Assembly: GCF_016432865.1 (NCBI RefSeq)
Contig: NC_067401.1
Coordinates: forward strand, 479,570,001 to 479,634,000
Reading direction: 5' to 3'
Source: Antechinus flavipes
Taxonomy: Eukaryota
DNA: 64,000 bases
The position numbers were made by a program, and so were the translations under genes. Shown piece by piece: positions 16,771 through 29,536 of the stretch (positions within the stretch are counted from its first letter, which is position 1; each line of letters starts with the position of its first letter). A model generated the notes under the pieces. That model was not told where the DNA came from and did not search any database. It saw only the letters and a program-made list of their open reading frames with translations.

Positions 16771-19700
16771 ATGGGTATAGTCATTCATTCACAATTAGGT
16801 TTCACCAAGGTTCACAAAAGAAAAGAACAGGATCCTGTTTTCCTGCAACCTTATCATTTAGGCAGAGAGATAAGACCAAATAGACAAACAACAGGATAAT
16901 TCAAAGGGCAAGGACAAGTCCTTTAGAGACGGTGGACAACAGGGTATCCAGAGCCCCTTCTCGTCCTCAGCCCTCTACTCTGTACTGTTGAGGGCCTGGG
17001 AAAGACATACTAGGAGCCCAGTGTTCTGAGGCCTTCCTGAACCCCGCAGTCCTAGGAGATGGGGGGGGTGCTAGCAAAGGGAGAAGCTCCCCCAAGCCTC
17101 TCTGCCCACTCCATTTTAGAATGACCTTTCTCCTTTTGAAGTTTTTGCTGGTTTAAGACCTGGAAGCCCCACAGCATTAGGATAATCTCGGGGAGATGTG
17201 GGCAGTGCTTTCTGTCCCCGGGTACCCCTGCCTCCCATCCGTGCTCCTTCCCAATCCCAGCATCACTTACCTCAGCCAGAGACCTTGCTTCTGCCCCGAC
17301 ACAGTCCTGCTCCCGCCTGGCCCTTGCCTCCAGCCCTGGGCTCTCTGCCTGCAGCAGGCGTCAGACCAACTCGGGGCACTGCCTCCAGTAGCTTGCTAAG
17401 TCTTCAGTTTTTCTGCTCAGCTACACACTGAACTTCAAAGTCCAACTTGGGCATACCCAGAAATGACCTGGAGGAGCCGGGGATGCCAGGAGTCGCCGGC
17501 AGGGGCTGCTTCGTGCCAAGTGGCAGGAAACCTCTGGCCCCAAGAATAGGAAAAGCTGGTGTTCGGGAGAACGTCAAGTGAACAAGGGGGCCGCAGCCCC
17601 AGCTTGCCCAGGCGGCCTCATACCTGGCTATGGCAACGAACACAGGGCGAAGTTAAGCAGAAGGGAGCTTACTGTATGCATCGCCCCAGTCGCCGGGTCA
17701 TTCCTGACTCCCCAACTCCAATCAAGTCCAAGGAGGTTTTCTTTCTGCTTTCCCAAGAGCCTCTAGAATATGCTCCCTTCCCTCCTCTGACTCTGCCATC
17801 TTATACCTGGAATATTGCCTCCTAGCAGATCCAATCCCCACAGGTTTCTGGAGAGAGCCCTCGCCTAGAAGAGGATTTTCAATTTGATCCTGAAAGTGAT
17901 AGGGGCTGGTACTGAGAGGTGACGTGGTCACTGCTATGAGATTAGGGAAGGCTTTGGGCCTTCTTCTGAATCAGTCAACAGTCACTTATTAAGCATCTGT
18001 ATACTAGTTACTGTGCTGGGCCCTGGGGATGCAAAGAATGTTCTAGGCAGGGAGAAGGCATATTAGCAAGTAGGTTGATGCAAGATCTAAATAGAGTACA
18101 TAGAAGATCATCTCCAATTAATTATTAAGGAGGTAGGTGAGTAACTCTTCTCTCTCCCCACCAGAAAAGGAAAAAGTGGAGATTTCAGAGAAGGAGGCTT
18201 TTTAAATTTTTTTTTTAAACTCTGAGGCTGATTGAGCCCTGGAGGGGCCCTGCCTATATACTAGTCTCCATTGTAGAATCCTGTTCTAAAACAGACTCAG
18301 TCTTGTAAGTGGGGCCAGAGTCTAGGAAGGGTGCAAACACAACCCTCAAGCCAGGGAACTGGGTGTGTGCTTGGGCAAAAGCAGCGGTTCAGACAGGTGA
18401 GCTCATTCCCTTGCCAGCCAACTACCCTCCCTAGGGAGTGGCCCAGGTATTCAACTGAATTCACTGAACAGATATTTAATTAGGGCTGGCGTGTGCATTT
18501 CTACCCCAAGGACTGTTACGAGACACATCTGGAAGAACACAGGGTTGTAAAGCTGTAAGGAAGCTGTGAAAATGGGAAAACTGAGGCCTAAAGAGGAGAC
18601 AGGGTATGAGACTGTAAAGGGAGGGCAGGGCTGAGGCTGGGGACACCCCGAAAGGAAAGAAGCAAGCATTTGTCTCTACTCCGGCCAGGCACTGTGCTAA
18701 GTGATTTACAAATATTACCTTTTTTAATCCTCACAATAGCCCCAGAGCTAGATGCTATTATTATTGTCCCCATTTTACACTTGAGGAAACTGAGGCGGGC
18801 AGAAGTCCAAGGCCACACACCTACTAGGTGAAGGGACCTATTCTCAAATTCACCAGGGACTCGGTGCCAGGCTGGGAAGATAAGCCCTGATCTCTGCCCT
18901 CTGGGTGCTGATTTTAGTATCAACTATAATAAATAAGAATAAACTCAACATAAATTGGGTGATTGGGCCTGTGGTCACAAAGTCCTAAGAGATCAGCCTT
19001 AGGTGAACTACAAGGTAGCTTATATTTACTTCAGGACTGAGATACCTGCTTCCTCAAACTCTAACTGTGTCTCTCCTCAGCCTTCTGTACACATCAGGGG
19101 AAGTCTCCTAAAGTGGGAGCCCTCCAGGCTGGCATCTGGTGCCATTCTTGCCAGGAAGCTGCTTCTCTCTGAGGAAGGATCCAGGCTCTCAAGACTCCCA
19201 GATAGTACAGATTATTATTGTCCCATTTTACAGAAAAAAAAATTGAGTAAAATGAATCACATACCTCATAAATGTTAAATCTGGTATAGGCAGGTGGTTA
19301 TTCTGACCTAAAATTCAGAGTTCTTTCCAACTATTGAGTGAATAAATGAATAAGTGGCTCCAACATTCACAGTCTGAGCTGGATCTGGGTAGGCTGGCAA
19401 ACCTAGGGCCCACCTAAGGGGCAAAGATAGAGATGGGGAAGCTCTGCTGTTTCTCTTTTGTGTCCCTGTGGGAGGAAGAAGGGCCATTTAAAAAGATGTC
19501 CCACTTGGTCCCACATGCCTCATGGTTAACAGCCCTGGGCCTTCTTTTGAGTCAGTCAATCATTTATTAAGCATCTGTATACTAGTTACTGAGCTGGGCC
19601 CTGGAGATGCAAAGAATGTTCTAGACAAGGAGACAAGATATTAGGATAGAAGTATCTACTCTTCCCCTGGCTGGGTCCAGGGTGGAGGCTGCGTGGATGG

Positions 19701-20039
19701 GAGTTGGCAAGACTGGATAAAGCTAAATGGACAGGTCTTAACTTGGTTCTCAGAAAGAGAGAGCGGAGGCAAACAGCCAGCGCCGGACCCGAGATTCAGG
19801 AGTGGGGCGATCCCCCTCCCTCAGCCAGTTCTGGGCTTATTTAACGGCCTTGCCAGTCTCTCTCCTGCCCACATATATACCCCTCAAGTAGAGTTCCACT
19901 TCCTGAGCTCCTGACATCAATCTAGTATGAATTAAATAAGAGCAAAATGTTGGAAGGGAGAGAGAGACTCAGCATGGGGCAGCAGCATACTCTGCCAGTT
20001 TAGAAAGCCAAGACAGCATTGGGGATCATTGGGCATGAT

Positions 20040-20420
20040 TTCCAGGAAGAAAGGGGACAGTCGGTTGCGTTCTGCCCTTATCCTTATTGGGCTGAGCCGA
20101 TCGTGGGTTACGGGGCACCACTTTGTAAACGAGCAGTGATAAAATGGAGAATGTCCAGGAAGGAGCCCCCAAGATAGAGAGGTCCACAGGTCCGGGCTTG
20201 GTGACGATTTGTTGGAAGAGATTCAGGAGGGCCTAAACACTGTCTTCAGCACTTGAGGGATTGCTATGTGGAAGCTGGGGACTGCTAGAGCAGAGCTAGA
20301 AGCATCGAGGAAAAGCTGCACAGAGACAAAATGTCAGTCTGAGGTCAGGTATTTGGCGCTTACTAGGACTTAATGGCCCGTCAGAGTTGGCAATGGCCAG
20401 TTTATTGAATTGTCTTTAAT
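20040..20420 (+). mobile_element. CR1/L3 LINE 3' fragment (old)
   Basis: Resembles the CR1 RT end (ggggcaccact...aaaatggagaatgtccagg...gtcttcagcacttgaggg). Confidence 0.5.
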
Positions 20421-21818
20421 TGTATCCTCATTAGGAGAATACAGGGGAGAAGCCCATACACCCCATGGCCAATGTACCAAAGAGAAAGCCAAACCAGAGC
20501 CAAAGGGGAGGCTGGAAGGCTGGAGACACAAGGCTGTCACCTAATGCAGAAGTCCTTGCCAGGGCTGCCCTCAGGCCTGGAGGGGTCCTAGGTCCTTAAG
20601 TCCAGTCAAGGCCATGCTGCCTGAAATCGAGGACACCTGAAGATGGAATGAGGTTGGTGAGACAGGGGTGGGGGTGGGGGGTCATCTTATTCGGGTCCAT
20701 CTGATTGCTCTCTCAGACAGGGAAGGATCCACTTAACCTAGAAGGTGGAAAGATAGAATCTGGGCACAAATTTTCCAGAAATGAGAGTTCCAAAAGGGGG
20801 TAAGGCAGCAGGGAAGGAGATAAGCCCAGAATCAGTGTAATCAAGGCTCTCACCATCTGTACAAGAGAGAAGGATGATTTTCTAGACTCCAGTCAATAGC
20901 TAACAAGCTTTACTTTATAAAAGCACCCACTGGGAGGGTGGGAAGGAAGGGAGCCATGGAAGGTTTGATGCTGAGGTTTGGAAGAGTTTATGGGATAGTG
21001 AACCAATTAGGGAGATGTTCCAGGATTGCCTGGAAGCAGTGAGAGCCTGCTGAGATCACGAAATGCACCCAGTTTCCTAATTTTCTCTAGCTTCATTCCC
21101 CAGCTTGAAGTAATAAGAGCTTGGCCCTAGGCTTATGATGAGATAAAGTCACTAGGGGCTAGAGGAAAGAGGCCAGTGGAGACTTGAATTGATTCCCCAG
21201 AAGGTCAAGATGGGGAAGGGAAGAGAGTGTAAGATGTGAAGGAGGAACTGGGATACAGAGGGATTGGAGGTCTTGGGGAGATGAAGAGTAGGGCTTGGGG
21301 ATGCAGGGCAGAGGAAGAGTGGGAAGAAACAGATTGTGATTCCAGAAGGGAATTTCAGCCCTCAGGAGTGTGGAGGCGGAGCCTGGGGATGCTGAGGGAC
21401 CATCTCTGAGTGGAGGTGAGCAGGGGCTCATGGGAAGGGAAAATGAGAAATGAGTAAGTTGTGGTGCTTGAAGAAATATCATGATGAATGTTGAGGTCCC
21501 CTTGTCTCAGAGCAGAAGTTGGGGAAGTAAGAGAGGTTATGAGCTGGGTTATGAGCTCTTTGAGGAAAGAAAGAAGGGGACTGTCCCCTCAGAACCTCAG
21601 TGTCTTCAAAGGGGAGTTAAAAAAAGAAAGAAATAGGTTGGGGGTGGATGTTGGTTCTGTCTGAAGATCTTGAAAAGAGGAGAGAGAAGGAAAAAGAAAA
21701 GGAAGACTATATGTAAAAAGGAGGACAAGAGGTACAACTTGTTATTTCTTATAATTGGGGCATGTAAGAGGGGGAGAGAGTCAGCATCCCAAGAAACTTT
21801 CAAAATGGACAAAGAAAG

Positions 21819-21821
<3 letters not shown>

Positions 21822-21869
<48 letters not shown>
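21822..21869. repeat. (GA)n microsatellite
   Basis: Direct reading. Confidence 0.95.
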
Positions 21870-21870
<1 letters not shown>

Positions 21871-23759
21871 ACTTGATATAGAAATATTTCAAACTCAAGC
21901 AGGAAATAAGTGAAGGGGTGCAGTGGCCCTAGAGTAAGGAGAACAGAGTACAAATGTGACCTCAGACACTAACTATGTGACCCTGGGCAAGTCACTTAAC
22001 CCCAATTGAAGAGAGAGAGAAAAGAAGGAAGAAAGGAGAGAAGAAAGAAAGGAAGGAAGGAAAGAAAAAGTATTGGGGCAAGGAAATAGGGGAAGGAGAA
22101 GAATATAGGGGAGGGAGTACCCATAAGAAAGACAAACTTTCTGATCCTGATGAGGGAAGGGAGGAGGAGAAAAGGCAAGAACTAGAAGACACAACAGTTC
22201 TGTATAATTAATTGCAACAATATTTTTAAGAACAAGACTTTGGAAAGACTTAGGAGCTCTGGTCAATGTGGTAACCAGCCATGTCTCCAGAAGACCTATA
22301 ATGTCCTGTATTACTTGCCTCCTGAGAGAGAAGACTCCCCGGGCAGAGACAAATATTTTGGGGGGAGGAAGATAAAATGTAGATTCATTTTGCTCAGTTA
22401 AAGCTTTTTTTTTTTTTTTTTTAAACAAAAGTCTTTTTTCCTCTTTCCAATAATTTGTTGAGGGCAGGGTGAAAGCTAGTTCATATAGAAACCTTTTTTA
22501 TGTGTCTTGCTGAATGTGCAAGAAAATATTCCCTTTTTGGTTTTTAAGTTCAGAATGGAAAATGAAATTGAAAATTAAAAGAATTCAGTGAAAGAGGAAG
22601 AGGTGGGAACAGGTAGTAACATGACCTCTAGGAGTTTTGGAAGAGAAGGAGGAAAGACAATTGTTAATGGGGATTAAGTGAGAGGTTTTTAAGCACTAAG
22701 GAAACCTGGCAGCGTTTGTAGCCATAGGAAGCAGCCAGTAAATTGGGAGAGAAGGAAGATTAGTGAAAGTAGAGATGGATGATGTGACTGAGGGGACAAT
22801 CAGCTGGATAAGATGAGATGAACAGGATCCAATGTGAATGGAGGGAGAACAGGATCCTGCCGGAACTCAGGGGATCCCTTTAGTCCCCACACTCCCATAA
22901 CATCATCCTGGGATCTTGTGAGCAGAGGTGCTATACTGCAGACCTGGGGTCATTTAGGTTAACTTTTCTTCAAGCATATAATTCTGGGTCAGCAGTAAGC
23001 CGGAGACAGCCCTGATCAGCTTGGGCCAATTGTTAAATCTATATGAGTGTTCAGAAATCAAGAACCCCAAGAAATCTGAGCCTTATTTATTAAGTTGTTA
23101 TTGACTTAGAGTGATCTTAAAAAAGTTCCTCCTACCTCAGATTAAATTTAAAATGTGTCACACACATTTCTTTCCTTGTCTTCCTTTCTTCCTTTTTTCC
23201 TCCTTCCTTCCCTCTCTTTCTTTCTTTCTTTCGTCCTTCAAGGGAATATAAGATGCTTTTTAAGATTTTAGTGAGGATCTCCTGCCATACCAGTGAACCT
23301 CCTCGCTACTTTTAATTTCCCTACAGGGATTTTTACTTTGGGAGGTTTTTTTTTTTTTAGCTTTTTATTCTCAAAATAGATGCATAGATAGTTGTCAACA
23401 TTCATCCTTGCAAAACCTTGTGCTCCATTTTTTTCTCCCTTTGTTCCCCTCCCCCTCCCTTAGACAGCAAGTAATCCAATATATGTTAAACGCCTCAAAT
23501 TCTTCTATGCATATTTCTCCATTTAGCATGCTATACAAGCAAAATCAGATCAAAAAGGAAAGAAAATGAGAAAGAAAACACAATGAAAGCGAACAACAAA
23601 AAGTGAAAATACTCTGTTGTGATCCACATTCAGTTTGGGGATGGTTTTTAACCAAACTACCTTTACCTGGGAGTATACACTTTTTTTTTTTTTTTTTTAA
23701 TGGATTGTTTATTGGAATCCTCAGGTACTGGGATCCTGGGTATTGGAAGACTACTCGAT

Positions 23760-23985
23760 TTTTCTTTGTCTGAGAGCAGACTGGAGAGAAGGGAGAAATA
23801 ATGGGAAAAGGTATCTGGGTGTTAAGAGGTGAATAGAAAGAGAGAAAAGGAAGCTGCCTATGGCTTCTATGACTGGGTGGGGAGTATGAGGTTTAAGCCT
23901 GAAGCTGAGAAAAAGGAAGAGTTTCTGTGGGAGGCCTGAAGAGGGATGATAAAGTTTGCAAAAAGTCTGAGAAAAGAGCAGATTG
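23760..23985 (-). mobile_element. LINE-2 ORF2 fragment
   Basis: Degenerate translation with IEAI in an L2-like context; purine-rich plus strand typical of antisense L2. Confidence 0.55.
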
Positions 23986-24004
23986 ATTTTTTTGTTGCTG
24001 TTGT

Positions 24005-24240
24005 AAGGTATTTTAGTCTTGTCCAACTTTTCATGGCCCCATTTGAAATTTTCTTGGCAGAGATACAGGAGGGGTTTGCCATTTCCTTCCCTAGCTCATT
24101 TTACAGATGAGGAAACTGAGGCAAGCAGGTTGAGGGATTTGGCCTGAGTCATACAACTTGTAAAAGTCTAAGGCCAGATTTGAATTGAGGAAGATGAATC
24201 TTCCTGACTCCAGTTCAGGCATTCTATCCACTGGACCACC
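24005..24240 (-). mobile_element. MAR1-type CORE-SINE
   Basis: Reverse complement of the MAR1 pattern (ttttacagatgaggaaactgaggc...atttgaa...cttcctgactcc). Confidence 0.75.
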
Positions 24241-25345
24241 TGGCAAATGGATGGGAGATGGCAGGGGAAACTACCTGTGAGCGATGGGAACTGCACAAAG
24301 CAGGGGAGAAACGGGAGACTCAGGACACAAACAGAACTTTAACTAATTTCAGAGTGAAGAAAATAATGCTTACAAATGGAAGCCTCCCCTCCCCACAAAA
24401 GGGGTTGGCCCACAACAGACTCTTTCTTAGATCTTGAGATAGTTCTCATGGTTAGCATTTCTTGGGACAACACAGGTGTTCTTGGCTCCCGTGGGAACAT
24501 AGACTCAAGTTCTGAGGGGGTTACAGCCACCCTGAGGGGCACAGAACCGGATTCTGTAACAGGCATAAGAGTACAGCCCAGTGAACAAATGATGGATGGC
24601 CCTGGGAAATGAGGGGGGAGGGGGAGAAGGGAGTGGGGGGGAGGCTAAATCCCTCAGTGAACACCAGACCCTGGCCCAAGCAATATATTTTGTCAGAAGG
24701 TGATGTCAACCTGAGAGCAAAGAATTGTTGTTATGCCAAACTATCTTCCAAATAGCTTGAGAGTACTTATTCCAACAAAGGAAGATGCTTAAATTGTAAC
24801 AGAGGAAAGAATATCCTTGTTAGCATAGCCATTTAGATCACTTTCAAGAATGCTGTATTACTCAGCATTTGTGAAGCACTTAGTACAGGCTTTATTTCCC
24901 AGGGTAAAGAGAAAAGTACCACTTCCTTGAAAGATCAAAATGTCAAACCTTAAACCTGCAATATTCCTGGGGAGAGTGAAAACAAATTAGGCTGTAATTA
25001 GGAAATATAAATAAATAAAAATACTGCAAAACTAGATAATGTTAATATCTTAATATTTTTATTAGATATTTCTTTAACATATTTTTAATATCTATTATTT
25101 AATATCTATTAATAGCAATATCTAATACTATTTTTCCTAAGTCAGTTTGTGGGTCTCTGGAATCCTAATCTCCCCCGAGCTCCTGGAGTTTGCCACTGTT
25201 TTTAAGGCCCTCTTTCATAAGAGGAAGGTGAAAGACCTGAGCTTAAAAAGGCCAAGGTCTCCCACTGCATCCAAGGCCACGTCCAGTCGTCCTGATCTCT
25301 ATCTGACCATTGGACCCAGATGACTCTGGAGGAGCTGATCCTGCT

Positions 25346-25347
<2 letters not shown>

Positions 25348-25387
<40 letters not shown>
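25348..25387. repeat. (GT)n microsatellite
   Basis: Direct reading. Confidence 0.95.
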
Positions 25388-25389
<2 letters not shown>

Positions 25390-26047
25390 AACATCCCAAA
25401 GACAGACACAGAACAAACTGGAGTGCTTTACAGAAACTCTTTTTTTTTTGTTTGTTTTGTTTTTGTTTTTAATGTACATGTTATTTCTCCTAGTTCACAT
25501 CAGTTCATTTTGCTTCACCTCATATCCTTACAAGAACTCTTAACAGCTCAGTGAGCCCTAAAAAAGTCCTCTTTCAACCAAGTAGAAGGGATTGTTGTGA
25601 GTGCGGGTCAGACGAAGTTCCTCTAGGCTCTCTGCTCACTGATTGGCCATCATGGCGCTGTTCCCACCCAATCCTTCAGACTTTTAGAGCCTTGGGATCT
25701 GTATCCCTAAAAAAAAATAAAGAAAATAAAGAATTTGATAAAATCCTCCTTTCCCACTGCCAAGAGTCAAGGACAGCTCCTTGATCCATAACAATGAAAA
25801 GCAGGGAATGGTTGGTGACCAACAGGTTTAGCAGGAAGACTGATTAGGATGTCTAAGGTAACCCTGGGGGAAACAAAGGGCACTGGGGGAGGGAGGGGGT
25901 CAGAGGAAAGGGGGGTCTTTATTTGATCTAAGAAAGTCAGATGAGAGAAACTTCATGGATCAAGAGTTGAGCTTTGGATATAATTTGGGAAATCAAGGAC
26001 AAAGAAAGAAGGCGTTAGAAGCAGAAACAGGGTACCCCTAGTTTAAG

Positions 26048-26198
26048 TTTTTTTATAGTTGTTGTTATGCAATTGGGGTTAAGTGACTTGCCCAGGGTCA
26101 CAAAACTAGGAAGTGTTCAGTGTCTGAGGTCACATTTGAACTCAGGTCCTCCTGACTTTGGGGCTGGTGCTCTACCCACTGTGTTGCCTGGCTGCACT
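26048..26198 (-). mobile_element. WSINE1-like SINE with 11-bp TSD
   Basis: TSD CCTAGTTTAAG at 26037-26047 and 26199-26209. Confidence 0.88.
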
Positions 26199-26746
26199 CC
26201 TAGTTTAAGATTAGCAGACATTCAAATAATGAGAAATTTGATTAGCATTATTAATTGTGGATAATGCCTCAGATCCACCAAGGTTCATCATGTAAGAACT
26301 CATTATATAAGAACGTAGGCAAACGATGTACTGAGATATGTATCATAAAGCTCAGTACTTGGTTTGCCATCATATCTTTGTTGTTGTTTGCTCTTAGTTC
26401 TCAAAGACAACCAGGGCAGTGATAAGTGAGTTGGATTTCAGTGAGAGAGGGCAGTGCCCGTTCTTCTCCAGAGCCATCTGGGTCCAGGGGCCAGATATAG
26501 ATTAAGAAGATTGCAGATGGCCTATATGTCATATCTTTAATTTAAAGATTTAAAGAAAGAGAAGACATTTCAATCTAAGCTGATACAATATTTTAAATGA
26601 CAAGAAGAACGTTTTTGCTATGTCATTAGTTATTTTTTTTATTATTGTTATTCCTTTAGAATCACTCTTAATCATTTTGGGAGAGAAAAATAAAAACAAA
26701 AGGGAACCATCACAAGAGAAAAAAAAATCACACACAAAAAATTAAA

Positions 26747-26890
26747 GGGGCAGCCAGGTAGCACAGCGGATAGAGCACCAGCCCTGAAGTCAGGAGGACC
26801 TGAGTTCAAATCTGTTCTCAGACACTTAACACTTCCTAGCTGTGAGACCATGGGCAAGTCACTTAACCCCAATTGCCTCTGCTAAAAAAA
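26747..26890 (+). mobile_element. WSINE1-like SINE inserted in an L1 3' UTR fragment
   Basis: Full head-to-tail SINE text with A-rich flanks (aaaaattaaa). Confidence 0.85.
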
Positions 26891-28630
26891 AAATTAAAAA
26901 GAAAAAAAAATGAACATAGCATGTGCTGATTTATATTCAATCTCCATAATTCTCTCTCTGGGTGTGTATGGCAGTTTCCATCCAAAATTTATTGGGATTA
27001 GATCACTGAAATACTGAGAAGAAATAAGCTTATCTTTAGATATGATTTTAAGTACTTTTTATGTTTAAATTTTTTAAAACTTTATTTTCAGTTGTTGAAG
27101 TAGCAGATGAACCTAAATGCTGTGACTATTCAGGAGAAACATCTCCCCAGAAAAAAGTGATCTTAAAAGTCAAAGAAGCAGTCCGGCTGGCAAGGACAGG
27201 ATGAGCCTTTACATATTGCTATCTAGAAGGAGATCTCCTTTATCTTAGAGATTTCCTGGTGGGTTATCTGATAAGACTTACTACAGAGAAAACATTCTAC
27301 TGGAGCAAACCTGATCTGTCACAGTTCCTGAAATCCCAAAGTTAACATCCCCAAATCACTTGCTATCTTGCCCCTGCTACTCAACCTCCCCAATAGGAAA
27401 GTGGCTAAGCAGTCAGTCTTTCATAGGTTCCTTTAGCCACCAACAGTGTCTCTGTGAGGCTGTGTAAAATCTTAAAAATACTCATTTGTGTCTCCGGTTG
27501 CTCTGTGCATTGCTATCCGCCTAGCAAGGGCCTATCAGCCGATGCTAAATTTTATCTTCTAGCCTCGCCTCTTGACCTTCAGTCAAATGGACCAAGGTGA
27601 GAAAGTATTCTCCAGAACAATCTTTGGAGCTCAGGGTTGAAGAATCTTCCAATCCGATAAGTATCTATTACTTTGTATTAAACAAATCCAAAATATACTT
27701 ATTTTATTTTTTTGCTAATTGTATTATGTTAATAAACAGATTTTTAAAACTTGAAAAAATTAATTTTCATTGCATATGTCTATGGGCTGCAACCAATGAC
27801 CATATTTTATATTTAATTTTGAATAATGCAATGACTTTATGCATTCATTATTGGGCTGATTCAGGACCTAACTCTATCAGTAAAGGCTTGAAAGCAGGAT
27901 CAAAAAGGATGTCTAATGAGGGGGAAAGGGTGAGTTATAAGTAGTAGAAGAGAATAAATTTGGAAAGCCAGATTAGAAAAAGCATCAAGGGCCAAGTAAT
28001 GACATTTAGAACTTTCTGATTGATGCTCTAGGCCCTCAAGAGCCAACCCAAGCTATCTGATGCTTGCCGAGCTTATATTGGCTCTTTGAAGCTTACCTCC
28101 GAAGTCACTTCTTCCATGAAGTTTTTCCTGATGATTCACCATCCTTGGAAAAGATCAGCTATCCTCCCGAGGCCCAGAAGAACTTAGTCATTGAAAAGGC
28201 TGGAGCCTCAGAGAAGAGCTTAGCCATTGAGAAGCAATTGGATGTTCCAGAAAGGGCAATCAGGAAGATGAGTCTTCCTGATTCCAGGCACAATGCACCA
28301 TCCACTGGTCCACCTGTAATGCTGGAGAAACTGAGCAAGATGGAGATTAGAGAATATTTAATGGTTTATTAAATGGAGAGATTTACCGGGACCAAATGGA
28401 TCCATGGTTTAGTCCTGGGGCTGAAGGAGACTATTCATCTCCAAGAATCCAGCAAACAGTGTGAGTTCTCAATGATATTTATACACATGGCTCAGACGCA
28501 GGGGGTAGAGAGAGGCAGGGACAGGGTCAGGGTGCTGAGAGCAGGAAGGGGACCCTAACAGGGTGAGGTGAGCCCCCGGAGATGGGGATGACATAATCGG
28601 GGGAGGAAACCCAGACCTGAGGAGAGGCAT

Positions 28631-28769
28631 CTTGATAAGATGATATCTGATAAGATCTTTTATCCTTATCAAGTATTCTGATAAAGAGAGAGAGGAGGTT
28701 TTGAAGAACTGAGAAGCAGGGAAATCAAGGAAGGACTGAGTCAGGATAATTAGGGAAACTGAGTCAGGA
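28631..28769. promoter_or_regulatory. Candidate GATA/AP-1 enhancer
   Basis: TGATAA at 28633, 28648, 28679 and (minus) 28666; TGAGTCA at 28737 and 28760. Confidence 0.4.
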
Positions 28770-29486
28770 CAATAAAAGAGAACTATGACATAACGTTAAA
28801 TGACAAATTGATGATGGAGATAACAGGGAGTCACTTGTCATTCGAGCAGGTGGATAAATGTGGCCAGAGCAGTTTGGCAAATGACTGGAGGATGGATTGG
28901 AGAGGGAAGAAACTTGAAGCAGGGAGACTCCCCCGGAGGAGCCAAGGTCCAGGCAGGAGGCTCTGGGTGTAGGGCCAGGGGAGTATTGGAGAGATGCTGC
29001 AAAGGTGATATCAAGAGACCATGGCAACAGATGGGATACTGATGAGGGAGGAGACAGGGAGGATTGTGGTACCCTCAACACCAAGAAGGACTTTGGGAAG
29101 GAGAAAGCTATAAAGGGAAAAAAACAGATTTCCATTTCTCAGCTCTGTCCTTCTGGAAGTAGCCACCTTGCAGTCCAGCTTCTCACTTAGGGGTAAACAT
29201 TTAAGCTCCCTGAGGGCAGGGCTGGGTCCCCCCAAGTGGGTGAGAATCTCTGAAAGTGTCTGGCTGGGCATGACTGAGCTGCTTTGTCTCCTGGGGCCCC
29301 TCTGGGCAAGAGGCAGGTTGTTGAGCCAGGCACAGCTACCAGGAGCAAGATTCTGCTCGCCCGGACTCCCCCAGGGGCAGGCTGTCCCATCATAGATACT
29401 CCCATATGTTCCACCCCATGGTCAGCCCGGGCCTGAACTGACATTTTGCATTTGTAGTGACACAGATATTCCAGTGAGACAAAAAA

Positions 29487-29488
<2 letters not shown>

Positions 29489-29534
<46 letters not shown>

Positions 29535-29536
29535 AA
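29489..29536. repeat. (GAAA)n microsatellite, about 12 units
   Basis: Direct reading. Confidence 0.95.

Noticed and set aside
27092-27204. Plus-strand acceptor followed by 36 open codons (VEVADEPKCC...)
   Set aside because: Length is within chance; no linked exons or recognisable homology
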